Positions 37,261 through 52,038 of a stretch of DNA of 64,000 nt are shown in pieces (position 1 is the stretch's first letter; the number at the start of each line of letters is the position of its first letter). The translations under genes were made by a program, and so were the position numbers. The stretch lies in contig NC_043009.1 in the NCBI RefSeq assembly GCF_006345805.1, positions 13,950,001-14,014,000 on the forward strand, given 5' to 3'. The stretch is from Octopus sinensis (lineage: Eukaryota). The notes beneath the pieces were generated by a model. It worked only from the letters and a program-made list of their open reading frames with translations, searched no databases and was not told where the DNA came from.

Positions 37261-37831
37261 CATTGGGTTGTCCGGAAAGTTCGTGTCGATTTTTAAAGGA
37301 AAGAAAAAGGTCAATAAATACTTGCCATTACATTTTTTAATCAACCAAATATGCACCATTTTGTTGCACAATGCGTCTCCATCTTTCCTTTAACTTGAAA
37401 ATACCCCATTTCCAGAATAGAGGTGGTTTCATGGCAAAGAATTCATCAAGGTAACTTTTTATGTCATCCAAGGAATTGAAATTGTTACCATTAAGACTAT
37501 TCTACAGAGACCTGAATAAGTGGAAATCCGAAGGAGCAATATCTGGTGAATATGGAGGGTGGGGTAACACATCTCAGCCGAGCTGCAGCAATTTTTGACT
37601 GGTTCCCAAAGCATCAAGTGCCGAAAATGAACTTTCTTATCTTCCATTTTAAAGGGTTACAGAATTAACACAGGTCATAGGAACATAAACCTTCTTCCAC
37701 GAAAAGATAGCTTAAACTGTGCTCTAAATGGAGGTGTGGTCAAATCCTATTTTATGGGCTCAACCATGTTCTAAAATAAGTCGAAATGTAAGCTACTATA
37801 AATCGGCACGAACTTTCCGGACAACCCAATA
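37261..37831 (-). mobile_element. Internally deleted mariner transposon
   Basis: TA TSD; TIR ATTGGGTTGTCCGGAAAGTTCGTG(T/C)CGATTT; N-terminus MEDKKVHFRHLMLWE fused to C-terminus HPPYSPDIAPSDFHLFRSL...KLKERWRRIVQQNGAYLVD*. Confidence 0.92.
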
Positions 37832-37837
37832 TATATG

Positions 37838-37877
<40 letters not shown>

Positions 37878-38088
37878 TATATATATATATTTAAAAAAGG
37901 AGATGTGGAACACGAGTTGTGATATATAAAAAAAGGAAATGAAGAAAATGCTGACAAAATAATTTAAGTAAAGGAGAGTGTATTTAATTTACCGGTTGCG
38001 CATTTGTTATGCTTATCAAAAGATATATTTTTAAGAGAGATAGAGTTCCTTTCTGATTGATTTTTTTCTCTTATCTCTTTATATATAT

Positions 38089-38164
<76 letters not shown>

Positions 38165-38346
38165 ATATATATATATATATTACATGTACCCTTTTAGTTT
38201 AGTTTGGGCAAAAGCCTCGTAATGCTTTCTTAGAAGTTCCTATACTTTTGTAGTCGACTACCGCCTGTTAATTCCATCTCCCAGGGTAACCCAATGATAT
38301 GGTTATACAACGTGGATCTCCTTTCAGTTTAGGATAAATATAATAA

Positions 38347-38743
38347 TGGTTTCAAATTTTGCCACAAGAGTAGCAATTTTAGGGAGGGGATAAGTTCATT
38401 ACATCGACCCCAGTGTTCAACTGGTAATTATTTTATCGACCCCGAAAGGATGAAAAGTAAGGTCGACCTCGGCGGAATTTGAACACAAAACATAGCGACG
38501 GGTGAAATACCTATTTCTTTACTACCCACAAGGGGCTAAACATAGAGAGGACAAAGAAGGACAGCCAAACGGATTAAGTCGATTATATCGACCCCAGTGC
38601 GTAACTGGTACTTAATTTATCGACCCCGAAAGGATGAAAGGCAAAGTCGACCTCGGCGGAATTTGAATTCAGAACGTAACGGCAGACGAAATACGGCTAC
38701 GCATTTCGCCCGGCGTGCGAACGGTTCTGCCAGCTCGCCGCCT
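38347..38743 (-). mobile_element. SINE family A multimer
   Basis: Young monomer plus an additional body copy. Confidence 0.85.
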
Positions 38744-39213
38744 TATGTTATTGTTATAGTAGTAATAGCAATAATAACATGCGGATGGAAATTCAATAGA
38801 CTTTATTAATGCATCACAATTTATGTTTCTACACCCACACATGGTTATTAGATAACAATTTTTCATATTCATAAGATTACATAAGGTTACTCTTAATAAT
38901 TGTTAATTTGAATATTTTTTCTTCAGCTCCGTTTCCAGTGCGGGCCCTTCTTCGGACATTGCTTTAGTAAATTTCAGCCAACCAGATTGAGAGATCTTAA
39001 GCACATTCACTGTTTTACCCAATTCTTTCAATCCATTCCATTGATGATTGGGACTTAGGACTAGTCCCAGACAAACACAAAACAAAGAAACCAAAATCGT
39101 TTAACTAAATTATCTTTCCATCGTCGTAGATGCCTTCCGAGTGGCCCTTTCCGATCTCTTGGATATCATTCGGCATCAGCACGGCCCAGCGGAACTTATG
39201 CTTACGGTATTCT

Positions 39214-39446
39214 GCGAGCTGGCAGAAACGTTAGCACGCCGGGCGAAATACGTAGCCGTATTTCGTCTGCCGTTACGTTCTGAGTTCAAATTCCGCCGAG
39301 GTCGACTTTACCTTTCATCCTTTCGGGGTCGATAAATTAAGTACCAGTTAAGCACTGGGATCGATATAATCGACTTAATCCGTTTGTCTGTCCTTGTTTG
39401 TCCTCTCTGTGTTTAGTCCCTTGTGGGTAGTAAAGAAATAGGTATT
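39214..39446 (+). mobile_element. SINE family A monomer
   Basis: Full core; GGTATTCTGCGA repeated at both junctions. Confidence 0.85.
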
Positions 39447-39950
39447 CTGCGATAACGTTGTTCACTCCGTTTCGCCCTCAAATTATTCCATTCCGCATAT
39501 GCCCTCCCAATGATATTCCTAGCATAGCTCTTTCCATGTCCCTTTACAAGGTAGCCTATTGATGTCTTTTATTTTTCATTGTACCCCACATCTCACTCGC
39601 ATATTAAAGCAAAAATAAAACACTGTTACTAAGGAGTCTGGCACGCATGGTCTTTGCTTTCAACACTTCCTTTACTGAGATAAAAGCCTTCCATCCTGTC
39701 CTTATTCTCTTCGAGAAGTCAGCATCCATGTCGCGACGCATATTCACTATTTACCATAAGTAAACGTATTGCTTTACCTTTTCGATTCCATCACTTCCAG
39801 CCTCTATTCGGCCTTGTACCGCGTTTTTAAACTGCACGTACCTTGTTTTTGTGCGGTTCATTTAAAGCCCTACTGCTGAGCAATGGGTATCCATCTTTAT
39901 CAACATAGTTTTCAGCTGATTTGTGATTTCGGCGATAATTACCTTGTAAA
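39447..39950 (-). pseudogene. RTE-clade LINE reverse-transcriptase C-terminal remnant
   Basis: One frame with stops: VGL*MNRTKT...IEKVKQYVYL...KRIRTGWKAF...YASEMW...RDMERAMLGISL, matching the RTE post-RT motif order. Confidence 0.8.
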
Positions 39951-40061
39951 CCCTCGAATCGGAGGTGTGTTAATAGCTCGCTGTTGATGTTCACGCCACC
40001 GGTTCATATTTATCCTGCGAGTCTTTTCTTTATATTGACGGGAGGGAGCGGGAGTGAATTA

Positions 40062-40268
40062 TCTTTTATCTCTTACTTGTTTCAGTCATTTGACTGTGGC
40101 CATGATGGAGCACCGCCTTTAGTCGAGCAAATCGACCCCAGTACTTATTCTATCGGCCTCTTTGCCGAACAGCTAGCTAACAAGGACGTAAACACACCAG
40201 CATCGGTTGTCAAGTGATGTTGGGGGGACAAACACAGACACACAAACACACACACACACACACACACA

Positions 40269-40305
<37 letters not shown>

Positions 40306-40477
40306 CAAATATACGACGGGTTTCTTTCAGTTTCCGTCTGCCAAATCCACTCACAAGGCTTTGGTCGGCCCGAGGCGATAGTAGAAGACACTTTCCCAAG
40401 GTACCACGCAATGGAACTGAACCCGGAACCATGTGGTTGGTAAGCGAGCTACTTACCACACAGCCACTCCTACGCCT
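40062..40477 (-). mobile_element. SINE family C
   Basis: Reverse-complement match; a partial second copy at about 40845-40985. Confidence 0.85.
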
Positions 40478-40521
40478 ATATATGCATACATATGTGTATG
40501 TGTGTGTGTGTGTATATATAT

Positions 40522-40730
40522 CGCCATGTTGATTCGCTAGCCTCTGCACGCATTTTTTTTCTCTCCTTGTTTCTTTCTGTGTTTCTTTTCTGTGTATCTT
40601 TCTGTTGAAGAGCGTAGGCTCGAAACATAAAAGACTTGTTTTATTTATTTTCTGAGCGCCATACTAATACAATTGTTTGTTTGTATTCCACCTGCCTTCG
40701 TCTTTTGTTTATTTTCATAAAGCTTCCCGT
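40522..40730 (+). mobile_element. PLE-type repeat F1 flanked by (TA)n, HHR-like motif at 40597-40634
   Basis: TCTTT-CTGTTGA-A-GAGC gtag GCTC-GAAA-CAT-A-AAAGA; homologous to 685-886. Confidence 0.55.
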
Positions 40731-40808
40731 TATATATATATATAATATATATATATAATATATACACACACACACAGACACACACACACACACCACACAC
40801 ACCACACA

Positions 40809-40846
<38 letters not shown>

Positions 40847-41760
40847 GACGGGCTTCTTTCAGTTTCCGTCCACCAAATCCACTTATAAGGCTTTGGTCAG
40901 CCCGAGGCTATAGTAGAAGACATTTGCCCAAGGTCCCGCGCAGTGGGACTGAACCTGGAACCATATAGCTGAGAAGCAAACTTCTTGCCTCTATCAGGGA
41001 ATATTTTTAAACATCATAGAAATACAATCCTGGCTCATAACATAAAGAAACCAAAATTGAAATATTACTGCCCCTCGATTAGGATAATAACTTTCAGTTC
41101 GTACAAATCAAAGGTTTTCATATTTCAGAGACTCCGTAACAACGCTTGAGTTTTTTCAGGCTCCTTCTGTTATATATAATTTCGGAAGCAATACATTTCG
41201 TCCTAATTCTTATTTATTTATTTACTTACTTATTTATCTATTTCACATTAAAATATAATTTGCTTCATCTTTATTTTTCCTGAATTACTATGTAAAATGC
41301 CTTAGTATTTTAACAGTTTTGTTTTCTTTTTTCTCGAATGCACTTGTAAGGTAAATATAAAAAAATGCGAAATGCCGATACCATTTAAGGGAGATAACTT
41401 ATTTAAGGGAAATAAAGTTATTTCCCTTGCATTCAGTCGACTACATTGACACCAGTGTTTGGTTCGGAATTATATTCTCGGCCCTGGAAAAGATGGAAGA
41501 TACAGTCGACCGCTGCGGAATTTGAGCTCTGAACTAAAGACAGACGAAGTGCCACAAGTATTTTTCCCCGCGTGCCAGCTCGTCACCTTTAATTCATAAA
41601 TATATTCAAAACACTTTCATAGATTTTCTTCCACATACTTTTTTATATTGGACAGAGAACTTACGGCAGTTGATATTTTTAAATGCCATCATGCATCTAT
41701 ATTGAGTATTTAGTATTCTCAGATCTAGGTATCTCACTAAATTACATCAAATTCAATAAT

Positions 41761-41954
41761 AGATCGTTAACCACTACACACATTTTTTCTCTCCTTGTTT
41801 CTCTCCTTGTTTTTTTCTGTGTCACTTTCTCTAGAAGAGCGTAGACTCGAAACATAAAAGACTTTTTCTATTCCTGAGCGTTATACTAATACATCTGTTT
41901 GTTTTGTACACCACCTGTCTTCGTCTTTTGTTTTTTTTTTCGTAAACTCTCCCC
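41761..41954 (+). mobile_element. PLE-type repeat F1, older copy
   Basis: Homologous to 40522-40730; HHR core decayed. Confidence 0.55.
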
Positions 41955-43730
41955 ATCAATACCATATAACCATGATAGGAAAATCATCTACCAGTAATTG
42001 TTACTCGAGTTGCAAGTCGGCTCGAATAGATTTGATCTCTGACCTTTCTATATCTCTATGTATAAGGATTCCAATGTCTAAAGTTGCCTTACTGTGTAAG
42101 ATGCGAAAATGAGGGCTTGGAGCATTGTATCTAGATATGTGTATATGGTGCTGTACGGTGGTTAGACTATGATGTAAAGCTCTGATTCTTAACCTTAGAT
42201 GGTAGATATAACCAGGGATTCTCCCCTATTGTCTATGGACCCCTTTGATTACTATTTTATTCTGATTGATCCCCATAGCCATTCGATGCTTAAAAACTAG
42301 TTTTATAGAAATTTCTTTCAAAATTCCTATTTTGCTTTTCACACCTTTAACTTGTATATGTTGAACGTCGTAAAGTGTTAGAGAAAGAAACTTATTTCGG
42401 CAATACATACCAATACATGCATCTAAAGAAAAATTAATTTTCAAGGGCCTTTAATATGCTATTGTAGACAATGTTTTGTTGGGTGGATCCCAGAAAATAT
42501 TATGTGGACCCTCAAGAACCATGTGGATTGCAGTTGAGAACCACTGAGACAGGTTGTAAGCTCACAATGGGCGCTGTGTGATTTTGGGTGTTTAGTGGAG
42601 AGAAAGTTATGATGTTTCACCGAAATGGAATATTTAAACAAGTTACAATACTTGTATTTTAAACTTTTTCATTTTTTTCTTGTTCTTTTTCTATGTTGGG
42701 ATTAGAATATACATAGGACGTTGTTTATCAGTGACCAGAAACATGTCTGATGATGCGCCAGGGTCGAATATAATTTCCATGTGTAATTCCTGAACTTCTT
42801 TAATAATTTCTATTAAAATTGAACTCGGGAATTCTAGTTTAAAAAGAGGCTCATACATATTTGGATAACATGAAAAATATGTATAATAAACCAATTTGCA
42901 AAATTAGTTGTTTGATTTCCTTTTAAAATTTCATCATTGGGAAGAAATCTATAAACTTGACGAAAGAAGGCATCACTGAAATACATTTTAAAAAAAGGTT
43001 GAAAACTACAGATGTATAATATATGTTGATGTGATATAAGATTATTGTGTAGGGTTTAGTATTATAGTTAGAACACAGAGTATGGTATGTAATATGATGT
43101 ACTAGATATATTATATGCAATGAAGTATTGCAGTCCGAGTACGTTATATCATGATTAGAATTTTCGTCTGAGAGTGACTCGTTTTTCTTATAGTCCAGAC
43201 ATATTGCATGGAGTATAGTAGTAAAGTGTCTGTTTATACTATGTATTAAAGCATAGGATGTTACGAGCGGTATCTAGCATGTATATAACTACCAGAACAC
43301 ATTATGAGGTGTACAGTATGTGTTCGAGAAATATGGTGGGTGGTGTCTAGCACAAATATAACGAGTAGAATATATTGTATGGTGCCGAGCTTGTACACAA
43401 TAACCGGGGCATGTGTAATCATGTTTGTATATATTCCTGTTTTGTAGTCCAAACAGGAAAAAATAGAACTCAAAACATGAGTAAATGTGTGTGTTATTTG
43501 TAATCGGTAGAAGTTATAAAGTGACTCAACGGCCGAGTGTTTCGTTCATGGCAGGTATCAAACGGCTTCATGCGTGTCACGCACTATTGTGTTTCATATT
43601 TACGAAAAATTGAACATAAGTGATGTCTGGTATATGCATGCTCATAGTACATGTCATGTCAAACAAATAGTACATAATATGTGGTATCTCGAATGTGTAT
43701 AAGCAGAGGTACATTATTCATGGGCTCTTC

Positions 43731-43783
<53 letters not shown>

Positions 43784-43941
43784 AATGGATGAATGAATTA
43801 TCCTTTTTTTTTTTTGCCGTTAACATGGAAAATTCAGTAAACAGTTACCAGGGTAGCAAAATTCACTCAAGTTACACGGATGAAGCGACCTATTCAAAGG
43901 TAGAAACTCCGGCTTAATGTGTAGTAGTTTGTGTAGTACAA

Positions 43942-44066
43942 GAAGATTGCATTTTACACCGTTTATTCCTTTAGAATAAAACTAATGTTGTCTTCGAAAC
44001 ATATGTCGAAAGTAAAAGAATTTTAATAACATCTTCGTTCAACTCCATTTATTTACTTATATATAT
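43942..44066 (+). mobile_element. Solo 5'-truncated copy of F6
   Basis: GAAGAT...TCTTC-GAAA-CATATG-TC (3' half of the HHR), tail into (TA)n. Confidence 0.65.
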
Positions 44067-44071
44067 GTATA

Positions 44072-44447
44072 CTAGCAGTATCGCCCGGCGTTGCTCAGGT
44101 TTGTAAGGGAAATAACTATAAAGCATTTTTAGAGAGTTATAGCCAAAGAATAGCAAAAAAATGGAAAAAAAATTATGGTAAATTTTTTTTGAGATTCTAA
44201 AAAGGTGGAGTTGCGTCCCCTAGACAGTTTGTGGTTCGTGTTTCTGATTCTCGACCCCATGTCGAATTTATCGATTTTTTTCAGAACTGGGGGAACTTTT
44301 CAAAATTTTCGCTGCGTTAGTTTTGAATTATGACATTGGGCTATGTGTGTGTCAAGTTTCATCAGAATCGGTTGAAAGCCGTGGTCAGGGTGAGGGTACA
44401 AGCAAACAGACACACAGAAACACGCACAGACAAACTGCCGTTTATAT

Positions 44448-44450
<3 letters not shown>
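44072..44450 (-). mobile_element. Non-autonomous Helitron, second family
   Basis: TC start, same 3' hairpin and CTAG as the 27697-29115 units, A^T insertion within (TA)n, different 5' interior. Confidence 0.85.
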
Positions 44451-44499
<49 letters not shown>

Positions 44500-45225
44500 C
44501 AATAACTAGGACATGCTATGCGGTGCCAAGTATGGTAAGCAACGTAATAGTACGAGAATGTAGTAAGGCGGATATATGGCAGAATTATTAGTACACCGGG
44601 CAAATTGCTTAGTAGCATATCGTCCGTCTTTACATTCTGAGTTCAACTTCCGCTGAGGCTGACTTTGCCTTTCATCCTTTCAGGGTCGATAAGATCACTG
44701 GTCGATAAGATCAGTCGATCACTGGAGTCGATGTCATCGACTTATCCCGTCCATCAATTTTGCTGGCCTTGTGCCAAAATTTGAAGCCAACATTATGAAT
44801 GTACAACAGAGCAGTCGATAAGAAATACTTGAGGTACAGTAAAAAAAAAATCATGATATTTAACTTGGAGCAATGATTCAATCTGGAGATGCTGTATAGA
44901 AAGCTGCTCGTATAATAACAGTGTGACGTGGAAGCCAAGATGGTTGCGGTGCTTACTTCGTTGAAGACAAATCTGTAATGATCCTTTTCTATTATAAGCT
45001 AAAGGCCTGAAATTTATGGTGTGTGGGGGGGGGGCTATATGTCGATTACATGAAACCCAGTGCACAATTGGTACTTATTTCTTGACCCCGAAAAGATGAA
45101 AGGCAAAGGTGACCTCGGCGGAACTTGAACTCAGAATGTAAAGGTGGACAAAATGCCCCTAAGCACGATTCTAGCAGTTCACCGTCTTGATAAGATATTA
45201 ATATTAAAAACGATGATAAAAATAA

Positions 45226-45841
45226 TTCTCTCTACTAAAGGTACAAAGCCTGAAATTTGGTACGAGGGGACCAGTCGATTACATCGACCCCCAATGTTTC
45301 ACTGGTGCTTAATTTATCGATCCTGAAAGAATGAAAGGCAAAGTCGACCTTGACGGAATTTGAACTCAGAGCATAAAGACGTACGAAATGCCGCTAAGCA
45401 TTTTGTCCGCGTGCAAACGTTTCTCATTTCTTTATTGCCCACAAGGGGTTAAACATAGAGGGGACAAACAAGGACAGACAAACGGATTAAGTCGATTATA
45501 TCAACCCCAGTGCGTAACTGGTACTTATTTAATCGACCCCTAAAGGATGCCACGCAAAGTTGACCTCGGCAGAATTTGAACTCAGAACGTAGCGGCAGAC
45601 GAAATACCTATTTCTTTACTACCCACAAGGGGCTAAACACAGAGAGGAGAAACAAGGACAGACAAACGGATTAAGTCGGTTATATCGACCCCAGTGCGTA
45701 ACTAGTACTTAATTTATCGACACCGAAAGGATGAAAGGCAAAGTCAACCTCGGCGGAATTTGAACTCAGAACATAACGGCAGACGAAATACGGCTACGCA
45801 TTTCGCCAGGCGTGCTAACCGTTTCTGCCAGCACGCCGCCT
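45226..45841 (-). mobile_element. SINE family A nested multimer
   Basis: Young dimer abutting an older copy. Confidence 0.85.
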
Positions 45842-46365
45842 TTAGACAATTTTATAATAATGATAATTTGAAAATCTTCTAATGATATGTAATGTAGTAA
45901 ACAAAAAATGTATGATTAATAATAACTAGCAATCAGGTTGAATGAGAAATAGTGTGGCTGTGAATTTATATTGCCTAGTATAAAATGTGGTCGGCAGGTG
46001 TGACAACAAAAGCAACGACAGTAATAACAGTTGCAACCTTTACATGAACAAAAACAAGTACTGCTACCTTCCTCAACAGTAGAACCCGCGTTATTTAAAG
46101 AATTTCTCTTCATTATATATCTCATTTTAGCTCAATAGAATCTTTTCAATTTAAAACATATTTTAAGAATTAAAAAAATCTCCTCGTGTAGGGGAGATAA
46201 ACGTGATACAACCTGTAGAGGAAGCCATTAGTTTCCCTTTACATGAATTATGGATAAATTTACAATTTAAAAATAGGATAAAACCTTCATAAGAATTTTT
46301 CAAGTAGTTAGCGCGAAAAACCTCATAAGAGAAAAAAGACCATCAATTTTTTTTCCTTTAAATTT

Positions 46366-46554
46366 ATTTATTTATATTATATAGAGGGCAGTATTACACA
46401 GAGATGCCTCACGCTGGGAGGGACTCTTTTAAATGACCTGCTTCGAGAATTGGTTTCGGTACGACGTGTTTATTTATTTTAGTAGTTTTGACTTTAAGAG
46501 TCCCGCCTAGCGTGAGGCATCTATGTGTAATAATGCTCTCTATATAATATAAAT
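46366..46554. repeat. Imperfect palindrome (about 65-bp arms, about 60-nt spacer) with TA-rich outer ends
   Basis: TATAGAGGGCAGTATTACACAGAGATGCCTCACGCTGGGAGGGACTCTT versus its diverged reverse complement. Confidence 0.75.
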
Positions 46555-46674
46555 GAATTATGAATAAAAAATATGTATATTGCATTCATAGCGTAAAACA
46601 GAAGTCCTCAGCATTTCTGACGTATTGCAGCACCGGATTCACCGAAGCAATACCTCTTCTGAACAACAACAACA

Positions 46675-46730
<56 letters not shown>

Positions 46731-47046
46731 AATAATAATCCTTTCTACTGGAAGCACAGTGCCTCAAATTTGGGGGAAAGAAATAAATCGATTACATCGA
46801 CCCCAGTGCGTAACTGGTACTTAATTTATCGACCCCGAAAGGATGAAAAGCATTTCGTCCAGTGTGCTAACGATTCTGCCGCCGCTTGCAGCCTTAATAA
46901 TAATGATAATAATAAGGAGAAAAATAAAACTTGGACCCGCCCCATGATAAAAACTGGTGAGAACACAAACCACCTCCAGTGCTTGAAAATGATCACATCT
47001 CTCTCCTTTGGAATTTTACTGTACAAATTGACATAAATATCTTTCT

Positions 47047-48524
<1,478 letters not shown>

Positions 48525-48672
48525 ATTTTATTTTTATTTTTATTTTTCGATTTTTTCTTTTTCGTCTCTCCCACCATTATTGTAGTTGATATATATCTAT
48601 ATATATATATATATATACGTGTATACCCCATATATATATATATATATGTGTGTGTTGTGTGTGTGTGTGTGT

Positions 48673-48972
48673 GTGGAGGCGCAAAGGCCAGTGGTCAGGG
48701 CAGCGGACTCGCGGTTTCGATTCCCAGACCGGGCGTTGTGATTGTTTATTCAGCGAAAACACCTAATGCTCCACGAGGCTCCGGCAGGGGATGGGGTGGC
48801 GACCCCTGTTGTACTCTTTCGCCACAACTTTCTCTCATTCTTTCTTCTGATGGCCTGCTCTCTTAGCCAGCAGGGTGGCGTCATTTGAAGACTAAAACAA
48901 TGCGAAGTGCATTGTGACCAGCGGTGTGTAGCAACATCTGAGAACCTGGTCGGCCACGGTGATCACGGTGAT
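48673..48972 (+). mobile_element. SINE family B, tail type 1
   Basis: Matches 1067-1369; between (GT)n and (AT)n. Confidence 0.85.
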
Positions 48973-49240
48973 ATATATATGCATGTATATATACATGTAG
49001 ATGTAGTTACGTACATATATGTATGTATGTATGCATATATTTTATTTATTACACTATTGTATGACAGCGTCCTCGCGTCGATTCGATTCGATTCGTTCGT
49101 TTCGTTCCGTTCTTATTCTCAAGTACTGTTTTATATATATATATATATACACACGCACACACACACACCACACACACACACACACAATATATAATATATA
49201 TATATATATATTATATATTATATATATATATACATGTATA

Positions 49241-49282
<42 letters not shown>

Positions 49283-49956
49283 AAAGTAAGATAGGGGTTA
49301 TGAATGTAACCCACTATGGGATATCAATTATCAATATACTGTTGGTAAAGTAACCAAATTCTTAATACATAAATGCTTTTAATTGCAATGCAATTAATTC
49401 ATTTATTGTATTAAACGGGTGAAGGTAAAGAAATATTTTTACCATAAATTCATAATACAAATAAGAAAATGGAGAAATAAATTCACCTCGTTCATCAATT
49501 TACGGATATTACAAATTTACATTATTTATTAATTATACAAATGAGAACATCAAAATCAAACAAAACATTTTATAAATCAATAGGTAATATAATAATAAAA
49601 ATAATACAAATACATATTATAATAGTCATATTATAAATTATTGAAATTCATAAACTACTCCTTACAGCTGTTTCAGCCTATGGTCAAAAGTCAACCCAAC
49701 TTATATTGCCTATAGATGTCAGCATATTATAGTTTTAGGCATTAAAAATTATACTTATATGCTAAAAGAACCATAGGCCTCGTCATAGGATACAATTAAC
49801 TTGAAAAGTATAATAATAATATTAAAAGAGACCGATAGAATAAGTTCTAGGCTTACAGAGAATAAGTCCTGGGGTCGATTTGCTCGACTAAAGGTGGTGC
49901 TCCAGCATGGCCACAGTCAAATGACTGAAACAAGTAAAAGAATAAAAGAATATATA

Positions 49957-50320
49957 TCAAGTCATCCTATAAGTTCTGTCCGAATTTTGAATAAAGAAAA
50001 TAAGTGATCAAGTGTAATATTTAATTGAAATTTAATCATCAATGTACTTCCCCTGATTATGTGTGACTTCCTTCCATCTATATACAGGCTTTTTAATCCC
50101 ATAAATGTAAAAGTCTTTTGGTTTCAAAGCGGAGAACTCTGAAATGTTAGTTTCGACCTCCTCGTGGCTTGCGAAAGTTATGTCCTCCAACTGATTCTGT
50201 AAACTACAAAACAAATGGTAGTCTGAAGGAGCAAGGTCGGAAGAATAAGGTGGATGATCTTCTGTGATGTGATCTTTGCAGTGTGGAGTCGCGCATTGTC
50301 CTGATGAAACATCACTCCCT
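49957..50320 (-). pseudogene. mariner transposase C-terminal remnant with one TIR
   Basis: GVMFHQDNARLHTAK...HPPYSSDLAPSDYHLFCSLQNQL...RWKEVTHNQGKYIDD*; TA at the left end. Confidence 0.85.
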
Positions 50321-52038
50321 TAATTTATTTAACAAACACCTAAATTAAATCTTATTCTAATTAAGTAATATATACTAAAATAACTTCATGTTAAGTTATA
50401 TACATAATGCTAGTACAAGCTATAAATATTAGAATTAAAAGTAGAAAATGGTTCAAATATATACACACCTATTATATAAACTTACTATATTATTAATTTA
50501 TATATAGTATATATAGATTTAATATTTCATTCACTTATAGAGTTAACCAAAATATCAATTAATATTAAACTTATTTACTTAAATGTAATACTACGTAACA
50601 AATAGACCTCTTAACTATTAAATAATATATTGTCTTACAAAACTATTTCTCAAAGTAAATTATATGTAATACGTTAAATCACATTATAAAAATAATAATA
50701 AACATAAACACAGTAAGCTGAAATTGCTGAGAAATTTCATTTCACTCTCAGCCCTTGTTCTTTTTTTTAAATGTTTATTGTCACAGTCTTCAACCTGTCT
50801 ATTATCGTGACTTTAGTTAAAATATATTTCAGCGACATAATAGATTCGGTGTCAAATTTCAAGTTTGTTTTCCTAAAGAATATGCTACAAACAAATGTAA
50901 GGATTATTAAAAGGGACCTAGAACAATAAGGTTCGATGAAATAAGTACCAGTTAAATGATTTGCTTCCTTCGCCTCAAAATTTGAAGCTTTGTGCCTCTA
51001 ATAGAAAGGATTGTTAGAATATGGTAAATTCGCACACAAAAGTGGTCGTCTGAATAATCATTTTATAAGATCAAAAATTCAATATTTTTCTCAACATAAA
51101 AGTACTTCGTGCATCCCACAATCCTCCACTGAAACATTGTTCATTACTGCACGCTCTTCTCCATCGTTTTTCGACTTTTAGTATTCCTTTTGTTATTACT
51201 TCATATGTATATTGTAAACACCACGCTCAACGACTATCTCAACCAAACTCTATCAAATTATTAACCAGTTTTCCTCTTAATCAACGGCTACCGTTCCACA
51301 TCATTCACCCCTCTCAGATGCTGAACCTTCTAGTCTAGACAGCGCTATAATCTGCCACAATTCCACAGAAAGTTAAAGGAATTAGCTCTACATGCAAGCA
51401 CCAATCGTTTCCTTCGTCAAACACAGCTTAGAGTAATTTTGCAATTTCAACGATATACAAAACAAGCCTCAAAACATTCCATGGCTTCGCTGGTCTTAAA
51501 ACATGCAGCTATGAGTTGAGATAATTCAACATCGATGAATTTAAGATGGATAGCGCAATAATTCTTTCGAAATGGGAAGGAATAGAAAAATTTAGGTCAA
51601 GATCGATATAACACTCTAAATAGATATTTTCTGAATATAGATAAGCAAAATATAAATAGTTGAATGATCAATGCTAAGAAGTTATAAAAGATAACAACCA
51701 ACAAAAATCGAAGTGAGACTACACACAGCAAAGCACATAAGTAAACAAAGTGGCAACATTACGAACAAGAACGACAACATACTGTTTGGATATGAGCAGC
51801 TTGTATCCTAGATAGGGTGACAACAAACAAATTCTACGATATGAGAAGTGACCACCTTTGCGCAATTTCGAATTTGCTATAAAGGTAACGAAAAGTAGAA
51901 AAGGAAACTAGAGCAGATGAGATAGCAACAAAAATATTAAAATTGTGAGATAAATACCAACTAGATTCAATAATAGATAAATGTATGTAATATATGAGAG
52001 TGGTTATATGCCAACCGACATGGAACGATTTAATTTTG

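Noticed and set aside
42691-42894. IIFDPGAS as a retroviral-type aspartic protease motif
   Set aside because: The catalytic D-T/S-G is broken (DPG), and there is no gag, RT or integrase nearby.
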